DNA from: a virus
Lineage: Duplodnaviria > Caudoviricetes
IMG/VR virus record: IMGVR_UViG_3300017649_000014
Location: 1 to 31,122 of that record
DNA length: 31,122 bases
Direction: 5' to 3' (one strand)
Shown one piece after another: positions 25,767-31,122 of this stretch (position 1 is its first letter; each line of letters opens with the position of its first letter). The position numbers and the translations under genes were made by a program. A model generated the notes under the pieces. It did no database searches. It was not told the DNA's origin and saw only the letters and a list, made by a program, of their open reading frames with translations.

Positions 25767-26552
25767 TCAACCCCCATGTTTCTGCTTGGCCTCGGCAATC
25801 TGCGCGTCACGTTGGGTCTCCGTGATGAGGCCCAGATGGCACTGCTGCCGAATCCAGTTGACGGCCTTCTCCAGCGGGGTCTCCGTGGATTCGACCGGCT
25901 TGCCGCGAGGCACGGCAGACGGAGCGGCCTTGGGCAACTTGGCCCAGTCGTCCCTAATGGCCCCCATGAACGCCTCGTCCCAGTCGGCGTAGGCGTAGCC
26001 GTTCGCCAGGGCCTTGCCCTTGAAGTGCTCCAGTCGTTCCTGAAGGCGGTCATAGCCCTTCTCAGCCGCCCACTTCCTGACCCGGTCGCTGACGCCGAAG
26101 TCTTTTGGCATCTGAACCTTTGGTTGCTTGCCGCGCTTGCGCGGCCCAACGACAACGTCTTCGTCTACGACAACGTCAACGACAACGTCTAGGGGAGCAA
26201 TTGTTTGCAATTGCGCGCAATTGCTCGCAGACCCCGGAATCGGGTACTTAGGCTCCGACCTGGCCTTCCATTTGGTCTTCAACATCTGCAAGTAGGGCTT
26301 GCCGTCGTGGGCGTAGAGAACGATCAGACCGGCCTTCTGGCACGCAGCCATCCAGCGGGAAATGTCGGCCTCCCGTACGCGGTCATGCCGTAGCGGGTAG
26401 AGATGAGACTTCAGGATGGCGGGGCGAGCGTCGTACAGACCGTGGTCGTCCACCTTGGACATCAGCCGGCGGTAGAACACCTCAGAGGGAGGGTCGAGGG
26501 TATCGACCGCTTCGCTGGTCAAAATGTCCTCGCGGATGATGCGGTTTGGCAT
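25767..26552 (-). CDS. Phage replication initiator (replisome organiser-like)
   Basis: MPNRIIRE..KVDDHG N-terminal winged-helix-like region; YADWDEAF C-terminal domain; internal repeats. Confidence 0.85.
   Translation of the reverse strand: MPNRIIREDILTSEAVDTLDPPSEVFYRRLMSKVDDHGLYDARPAILKSHLYPLRHDRVREADISRWMAACQKAGLIVLYAHDGKPYLQMLKTKWKARSEPKYPIPGSASNCAQLQTIAPLDVVVDVVVDEDVVVGPRKRGKQPKVQMPKDFGVSDRVRKWAAEKGYDRLQERLEHFKGKALANGYAYADWDEAFMGAIRDDWAKLPKAAPSAVPRGKPVESTETPLEKAVNWIRQQCHLGLITETQRDAQIAEAKQKHGG
26149..26223. repeat. Candidate replication origin iterons
   Basis: ACGACAACGTC x3 and GCAATTG x3 (10-bp spacing) inside the initiator gene. Confidence 0.55.
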
Positions 26553-26701
26553 TAGGGCGCCTTCTTCTCCGAACTAGCTTGTTCAGCCTGGTGGTTGGTT
26601 GATGCCTGCACGTACCGCAGGCAGTCGTGCTCGATTTCTTCATCCGGTAGGCGCACCCCCAACTCCTTGCAGATGCGCGCCCATTCGCTTTGGGGTGTCA
26701 T
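26552..26701 (-). CDS. Hypothetical protein (49 aa)
   Basis: ATGA start overlap and TAATG stop overlap. Confidence 0.55.
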   Translation of the reverse strand: MTPQSEWARICKELGVRLPDEEIEHDCLRYVQASTNHQAEQASSEKKAP

Positions 26702-26925
26702 GCGGCCACGTCCTTGTTGCGCTTGCGAGACTTCGTCATGTGCCCGATGTGCCAGTGGCCGCAGTCCGGGCAGCGAAAGGCGTGGACAGCGTGCCGGTCG
26801 CCGTTGCGGCGGTTCTTGCACTGAATGCGATTGGCGTACACGTAGGCCTTGGCCGCCGTGATGTAGATGCGCTTGCCGGTGGCCTCGCACAGGTCGAAGT
26901 CCACCTCGTAGGCTCCGACGCTCAT
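26698..26925 (-). CDS. Small Zn-binding-like protein
   Basis: C..TGKRIY..FRCPDCGHWHIGH. Confidence 0.7.
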   Translation of the reverse strand: MSVGAYEVDFDLCEATGKRIYITAAKAYVYANRIQCKNRRNGDRHAVHAFRCPDCGHWHIGHMTKSRKRNKDVAA

Positions 26926-27110
26926 GCGGGCCTCCGCTTGCCGCAGTTAGCGCAACGGTGGCCTGCGTCGATAACCCACCACAAACCATCGTCAGACACC
27001 CGCATAACTCCAAGCGGAAAATCCAGGAGCCTGGCAACGTTATGTGGCTTCGGGAGAGGAACCACGTAGGGGACCCACCGGTGCAGTCCAATCAGGCAGC
27101 GAATACTCAC
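26922..27110 (-). CDS. Small Cys/His phage protein
   Basis: CLIGLHRW..CANCG; coupled to neighbours. Confidence 0.65.
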   Translation of the reverse strand: MSIRCLIGLHRWVPYVVPLPKPHNVARLLDFPLGVMRVSDDGLWWVIDAGHRCANCGKRRPA

Positions 27111-27379
27111 GCCCCAACCTCCTCCACCTTCTCCACCCGCTGGGTGTTGAGGCGGTCCATTAGCTCTTGGAAGGATTCGGTGCTGGCGGTGTGGCCGGAG
27201 GGGAGGATGGGTTCAAGGTCGTCGGTGTAACTCCAATCCCCTGGACCAGTCATATCAACCATTGCCGCAGAACGGCGCCTCATCACGAACAGCTTGGTAA
27301 TTCGCCCGCACTTTCCGACGTTCTCTATGTGTGCTGCGCGAACAATTCGAACCCTCTGCCCTAAGAAGAACTTAGCCAT
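27107..27379 (-). CDS. Hypothetical SH3/KOW-like protein
   Basis: KFFLGQRVRIV..G..G; coupled to the cII-like stop. Confidence 0.65.
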   Translation of the reverse strand: MAKFFLGQRVRIVRAAHIENVGKCGRITKLFVMRRRSAAMVDMTGPGDWSYTDDLEPILPSGHTASTESFQELMDRLNTQRVEKVEEVGA

Positions 27380-27729
27380 CACGCGACCCTCAGCAATTCG
27401 GCCAGCCGTTCCACCGGGCAGACTTCTTCCATCGCTGCCTGGAGGTCGCGGAACTGGCGCAGGAGATTGGAGCCAGTGGCCGCGCAAAGGGGGCCGACCA
27501 GCTTTTCGGGAATGGGACGCTCGCCGTTCTGCATCCGGGACACGTAGGCCACAGACTTGCCGATGCAGGAGGCGACGTACTCCAGTTTGTGATGCCCTGC
27601 CCTGATGCTGATGGCTAGGGCTTGGGCCTCGGAATCAACCTGCCGCAGAACTTTTGACGGCGCATCCTGCGGGCCTCGGTGGACTCCGAAAGCGAGCTTC
27701 AGAGACGAGTTGTTTCCAATACTTGCCAT
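27379..27729 (-). CDS. CII-like HTH regulator
   Basis: LEYVASCIGKSVAYVSRM HTH; position before replication genes; TTGC-N6-TTGC over its start. Confidence 0.7.
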   Translation of the reverse strand: MASIGNNSSLKLAFGVHRGPQDAPSKVLRQVDSEAQALAISIRAGHHKLEYVASCIGKSVAYVSRMQNGERPIPEKLVGPLCAATGSNLLRQFRDLQAAMEEVCPVERLAELLRVA

Positions 27730-27746
27730 TTTTTGCCTATCTTTGA
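27723..27746 (+). promoter_or_regulatory. CII-type direct repeat (PRE-like)
   Basis: TTGC-N6-TTGC-N6-TTGA. Confidence 0.55.
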
Positions 27747-27803
27747 CAAAGCGGTTTGGGCGAAAAAATCGGCTCTAGCCCCAAAGGACTGAGCCGCGAT
27801 GAA

Positions 27804-28175
27804 TCACTTGGGTGTACGATTTCCCGAATGGGGCTTTTCAGAGACTTCAAAGGTCGCTGGTGGGACGTGCTGGTCGTTGACCGGCGCGGTGATCAGGTTC
27901 TTGCCATCGTTCCGGGTCCCCGGAAGTTCGCTCGGGCGCTCAAGCGCCACTGGACCGGAAACTGGAAGTTCTGGATTGGCCTTGCGGTCGGCATTGCCAC
28001 CAACCTCTTGCAGTGACAGCAGTAGGCCGGCGGCAAGTCCAATAGCTATGCCTACAAGCAGGTCGCCCGAGTCGCGCTTAGGCGGCGTCCAGGTGACGCC
28101 CCTCCTGCGCTCCCCTCCCCTGTACGTCAGAGCGTCCAGGTCGATGCGGGTTGGTTTTTCATCTGAGTTAGTCAT
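27804..28175 (-). CDS. Single-TM hypothetical protein
   Basis: GGAG SD; LLVGIAIGLAAGLLLSL; overlaps an antisense ORF. Confidence 0.5.
   Translation of the reverse strand: MTNSDEKPTRIDLDALTYRGGERRRGVTWTPPKRDSGDLLVGIAIGLAAGLLLSLQEVGGNADRKANPELPVSGPVALERPSELPGTRNDGKNLITAPVNDQHVPPATFEVSEKPHSGNRTPK
27828..28016 (+). CDS. Small protein with C-terminal TM
   Basis: WKFWIGLAVGIATNLL; TACGAT 7 nt before the ATG. Confidence 0.5.
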   Translation: MGLFRDFKGRWWDVLVVDRRGDQVLAIVPGPRKFARALKRHWTGNWKFWIGLAVGIATNLLQ

Positions 28176-28359
28176 GGCTCCACATCCAAATCAGGTGACC
28201 GAGAAGGACCAGCAGTGCGAGGATTTGCAGGGACAGCAGCCAGTTGGTCGCGGGGAGGAACATGGACAGCGAGAACAGCACAAGCCCGGCGAGGCTCAGG
28301 CGCGACGCCCTGCTCGCCCTACTGCCCTTGGCTGCGTCGCTCTGGGTCTTGTTCTTCAC
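28168..28359 (-). CDS. Small 2-TM protein
   Basis: Two hydrophobic helices; GTGA-coupled to the upstream 42-aa ORF. Confidence 0.5.
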   Translation of the reverse strand: MKNKTQSDAAKGSRASRASRLSLAGLVLFSLSMFLPATNWLLSLQILALLVLLGHLIWMWSHD

Positions 28360-28477
28360 GAAAGCACCGCCCGACGTGAGGGAATGGCTTTGGCTAACCA
28401 CCCGAATCGGGTTCGTGGTCCTCGCCGCCCTGAACCTCGCCTACCGCGTATGGCGGTGGCGGAAGTGGTCGAAGTAG
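28262..28477 (+). CDS. Small 2-TM protein
   Basis: GGGGAGG SD; two TMs and a basic tail. Confidence 0.55.
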   Translation: MDSENSTSPARLRRDALLALLPLAASLWVLFFTKAPPDVREWLWLTTRIGFVVLAALNLAYRVWRWRKWSK

Positions 28478-28540
28478 CACCCACACCGAACCTCCTGGGG
28501 GTTGGGTTACGATTGGTAGAACTCATTGGGGGAAGCCGGT

Positions 28541-28888
28541 ATGCCTTCGGGAAATCCCATCTTCGGGAGCAGGCAGGAGTACGAGCGGTTCGTACTTGCG
28601 GCCGTCATCAAGCTGACGAAGCCCATGGCGGCCGTCCTTCTTTGGCTGATGGCCCTGACCCTGCTTCTTCTTGGCTTGGTTGCTCTGTGGACCCTTGGGG
28701 TGACTGGTACAGAGGCGGCAACGGCCCTGCGCCATACATGGCATTCCAGTACCGCTCAAGTTCTGACGGCAGTTGGCTTTTCCGTTCTGAGCCTCGTAAG
28801 CGGAGGAATCTGGATAACCAGGCGCCTACACGATTGGCTCGGGAGGCGGGTGCTGCTTCGGTACTTGGCGGGGCAGCAGACGGATTAG
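28541..28888 (+). CDS. 2-TM membrane protein
   Basis: Two long hydrophobic segments; TACGAT and GGGGG upstream. Confidence 0.6.
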   Translation: MPSGNPIFGSRQEYERFVLAAVIKLTKPMAAVLLWLMALTLLLLGLVALWTLGVTGTEAATALRHTWHSSTAQVLTAVGFSVLSLVSGGIWITRRLHDWLGRRVLLRYLAGQQTD

Positions 28889-28892
28889 TCAT
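28608..28892 (-). CDS. Hypothetical ORF antisense to the membrane gene
   Basis: ATGA-coupled to the first PR ORF; low complexity. Confidence 0.3.
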   Translation of the reverse strand: MTNPSAAPPSTEAAPASRANRVGAWLSRFLRLRGSERKSQLPSELERYWNAMYGAGPLPPLYQSPQGSTEQPSQEEAGSGPSAKEGRPPWASSA

Positions 28893-29008
28893 CGCCAAGC
28901 CCTCACGACCAGCTCAACCACCGCGTGAAAGCTGTAGCCAGCAATCAACGCGCAGACCAGCTGCACCGCAGTCTTATGTCGGACCATCCAGGCAGCTAAC
29001 TTATCCAC
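28889..29008 (-). CDS. 39-aa hydrophobic peptide at the cro position (not in the ORF track)
   Basis: GAGGT SD plus GTG; MDKLAAWMVRHKTAVQLVCALIAGYSFHAVVELVVRAWR. Confidence 0.55.
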   Translation of the reverse strand: MDKLAAWMVRHKTAVQLVCALIAGYSFHAVVELVVRAWR

Positions 29009-29041
29009 AGGCCACCTCTGAGGGGGTTGGTTGTGGACGAC

Positions 29042-29070
29042 AAACTACACGATGCGTGTAGTGTTGTCAA
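29042..29070 (-). promoter_or_regulatory. PR-like sigma70 promoter
   Basis: TTGACA-17 bp-TAGTTT overlapped by operators. Confidence 0.8.
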
Positions 29071-29107
29071 CACGATTCGTGTACGACAGAATTACACGGG
29101 GTGTGTA
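29046..29107. promoter_or_regulatory. Three repressor operators (OR-like), TACACG-N3-CGTGTA
   Basis: Palindromes at 29046-29060, 29069-29083 and 29093-29107. Confidence 0.85.
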
Positions 29108-29117
29108 CGGTCGGCGC

Positions 29118-29642
29118 ATGAAGCCGCTGCCCCTCCACGTCGCCCTAAAAGCCGCCAGAACCGCCGCCGGAATGACCCAAGGACAGGTCACAGAGGCATG
29201 TGGCTGGGACAGTACGTCTCGGTATCCAAATTATGAACAGGGGACGCGAGAGCCGACGCTGGCGGATCTCCGGACCATTGCGAAGGCGGTAGCGCATGGC
29301 GGCCATACTTTCGCAAGGATAGTTACCGGAGAAGATGTGGTCCCTGCGTCTCAACTTGGGCGACTGGACCCAGCCATCATCTTGCGGACAGTCGAGTTGA
29401 CGCGTAACGCGCTGGCTAAGCTCAAAAAGCCCTATGCAGGCCCAGAAAAGGACCCTGAGCTTTTTGCCGAGATGCTCCGACTGGCGATATTGGAAAAGGC
29501 GGAGAGCGGAAATGGCGAGCGAGGAGTTTGGTCGGCAGGTGGATCGGGTCGCGGAGTTGCTGGCGCAGCGGGCGAAGAGAAAGATGGGGCTACCGCGCGA
29601 TCTGAAGTTGGTAGGGGAAGAAAGCGAGTCAGAGCCGGATAA
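29118..29642 (+). CDS. CI-like Xre/HTH repressor without a peptidase S24 domain
   Basis: LKAARTAAGMTQGQV..NYEQGTREP HTH; divergent from PR. Confidence 0.85.
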   Translation: MKPLPLHVALKAARTAAGMTQGQVTEACGWDSTSRYPNYEQGTREPTLADLRTIAKAVAHGGHTFARIVTGEDVVPASQLGRLDPAIILRTVELTRNALAKLKKPYAGPEKDPELFAEMLRLAILEKAESGNGERGVWSAGGSGRGVAGAAGEEKDGATARSEVGRGRKRVRAG

Positions 29643-29916
29643 GGCCGGGGCAACTGAGCCTCCGAGCCTTCCAAATTGGACAACATTCCAGCCGATTGAT
29701 GTGTCGGATAGGGCCAAGAAGATGCATTCCATCATGGCGATAGCAAACGCACATGGCTGGCAGATCGCGGTGACCCACTTTCTTATGACCAAGGGTGTTC
29801 CATATCTGTCCGACCTGACGGAACCGCAGCTAGATGACCTGCATGACAGAATGCTGGGATATGTAGACGCTGCTGAAACTGGTTGCAGCTTGGACAGTTG
29901 TTTACCGGCCTATTAA
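29512..29916 (+). CDS. Hypothetical protein overlapping the repressor 3' end
   Basis: GGAG SD; LSDLTEPQLDDLHDRM helical motif. Confidence 0.75.
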   Translation: MASEEFGRQVDRVAELLAQRAKRKMGLPRDLKLVGEESESEPDKAGATEPPSLPNWTTFQPIDVSDRAKKMHSIMAIANAHGWQIAVTHFLMTKGVPYLSDLTEPQLDDLHDRMLGYVDAAETGCSLDSCLPAY

Positions 29917-29932
29917 CGCAAAGGAGTGGGGG

Positions 29933-30280
29933 ATGAGAGGGGTCATAATTGTGCTGATGGCGTTCTCGCTATCTGCGTGCGGCACGCTGGAAAAGAAGGC
30001 AAGCATGGTCAACGCGGGCGCCAGTAAGGCAGAGGTAATGGGCGCCCTGGGTGAGCCTGATGACCGCCAAATGAGGGGTAATCTTGAGGCGTGGCAGTAC
30101 TGCCAAACAGGGGCTGGCTTTGGATATCACGACTATCGGATCGTTTGGTTCCAGGACGGCCGCGTCACAGGTCTAAACTCATACAAATCCACTAGACCAG
30201 GCGCATCCTGCAGGACCGACCTGCGAGAGGTAAGGTGGGAAGACGCGCCAAACATGACCATTGAGGTCAGGAACCGATAG
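29933..30280 (+). CDS. BamE/SmpA-like lipoprotein
   Basis: LSAC lipobox; GASKAEVMGALGEPD..WQY..FQDGRV; AAGGAG SD. Confidence 0.8.
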   Translation: MRGVIIVLMAFSLSACGTLEKKASMVNAGASKAEVMGALGEPDDRQMRGNLEAWQYCQTGAGFGYHDYRIVWFQDGRVTGLNSYKSTRPGASCRTDLREVRWEDAPNMTIEVRNR

Positions 30281-30313
30281 AAAAAGCCCCGGCCTAGCCG
30301 GGGTTTCTTTTTT
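30281..30313 (+). terminator. Intrinsic terminator, likely bidirectional
   Basis: AAAAA-GCCCCGGC-CTA-GCCGGGGT-TTCTTTTTT. Confidence 0.9.
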
Positions 30314-30353
30314 AATACTGCCTATCGAGTACTGAGTTCTAATAGAAACAAAC

Positions 30354-30394
30354 TACACGTTACGTGTTGCACAACTACACGTTTCGTGTATTCT
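30354..30394 (+). promoter_or_regulatory. PL-like promoter with two operators (OL-like)
   Basis: Operators at 30354-30368 and 30376-30390; TTGCAC-16 bp-TATTCT. Confidence 0.8.
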
Positions 30395-30423
30395 ACCCCC
30401 ATCAACCCGCCGGGAGATGGGAA

Positions 30424-30582
30424 ATGAACGCAAGAGTTCCGAACGAGCCGGTATCGACTGAGGGTCTTGAGGTCGTCCGGTATGAGCCGGTCGAGGATGT
30501 GCCGGATTGCCTGCCGGCTATCACCCCGCCGCTGTCGCCCACTGAGCAGACCGAGGCCGAACAGGCCGGGGTGCGGGGATGA
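30424..30582 (+). CDS. First early-left small acidic protein
   Basis: GGGAG SD; 52 aa; ATGA-coupled to the next gene. Confidence 0.6.
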   Translation: MNARVPNEPVSTEGLEVVRYEPVEDVPDCLPAITPPLSPTEQTEAEQAGVRG

Positions 30583-31122
30583 GCCGCTACGCCTACCACT
30601 TTGTCGCCGACACCCTGCGCGACGGTCGCCCTATTCCGGCTGATGGTGAGTGGCTGGAACACACCGGCAAGGTCGTAATCTGCAAGTCCGGCCTGCACGC
30701 CAGCTGGCATCCGTTCGATGCGCTCCAGTACGCCCCGGGCAAGACACTGTGCCTTGTGGAAGTCGAGGGCGTGGTTTCCGAGCAGTCAGACAAGCTCGTA
30801 TGCCGTCGCCGTCGCATCGTCAAGCGCATCGACTCCGAAGCGCTGACCCGAGAGTTCGCCCGTTGGTGCGCCCTGCAAGTCATCGAACTGTGGGATGCCC
30901 CGGATGTGGTACGTCAGTACCTGACGACGGGCGACGAGAAGATCTGGGCCGCCGCATGGGCCGCCGCACGGGACGCCGCATGGGACGCCGCACGGGACGC
31001 CGCATGGGCCGCCGCACGGGACGCCGCACGGGCCGCCGCACGGGACGCCGCATGGGCCGCCGCATGGGACGCCGCATGGGCCGCCGCACGGGACGCCGCA
31101 TGGGCCGCCGCATGGGACGCCG
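30579..31122 (+). CDS. Phage protein with a C..GLHAS domain and (W/R)(A/D)AA repeat tail; truncated by the window edge
   Basis: MSRYAYHF..VICKSGLHAS..FARWCALQV..; open to the window end. Confidence 0.85.
   Translation, partial: MSRYAYHFVADTLRDGRPIPADGEWLEHTGKVVICKSGLHASWHPFDALQYAPGKTLCLVEVEGVVSEQSDKLVCRRRRIVKRIDSEALTREFARWCALQVIELWDAPDVVRQYLTTGDEKIWAAAWAAARDAAWDAARDAAWAAARDAARAAARDAAWAAAWDAAWAAARDAAWAAAWDA
30945..31122 (+). repeat. 12-bp coding tandem repeat YGGGMCGCCGCA, about 15 copies
   Basis: Read directly from the sequence; in frame. Confidence 0.95.

Larger units (their letters stand above)
92..31122. mobile_element. Temperate prophage with P22-like virion and lambdoid early region; right end lies outside the window
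   Basis: att fragment plus contiguous morphogenesis, lysis, replication and immunity modules. Confidence 0.95.

Noticed and set aside
27799-29061. 420-aa + strand ORF across the immunity region
   Set aside because: Low-complexity Pro/Arg/Ser composition, runs into the operators, and shorter TM ORFs in other frames are more protein-like; not fully excluded
30945-31122. CRISPR array
   Set aside because: Contiguous 12-bp units with no spacers, in frame within a CDS, and no cas genes

Overview
The window is the left ~31 kb of an integrated temperate prophage with a P22-like (podovirus-type) virion and a lambdoid early region, in a GC-rich proteobacterium (Xanthomonadales is my inference). It opens with an att site: a 48-bp 3' fragment of tRNA-Cys plus its terminator. 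The minus strand then carries, in window order: receptor-binding/tail genes, three ejection proteins, gp10/gp4-like head completion genes, coat, scaffold, portal, terminase, lysis cassette, a Q-like gene, a nin-like region (exonuclease, dNTP diphosphohydrolase, resolvase-like nuclease, Ref, methyltransferase, NinB), a replication initiator and a cII-like gene. The + strand carries the repressor operon and the start of the early-left operon. Most unusual elements: (1) a ~340-nt non-coding block between an HslV/proteasome-beta-like gene and the lysis genes, made of a CCA-ending tRNA mimic with no anticodon arm and a GNRA-rich multi-junction RNA; (2) a gp10-like gene split into two ORFs around an Ig plus propeller-like extension; (3) no recognisable cro, with small membrane-protein ORFs on both strands in its place; (4) a CsrA/RsmA-type GGA array before the exonuclease; (5) an unannotated antisense membrane ORF at the P22 sieA position. 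All protein family calls come from motif recognition and synteny, not database searches.
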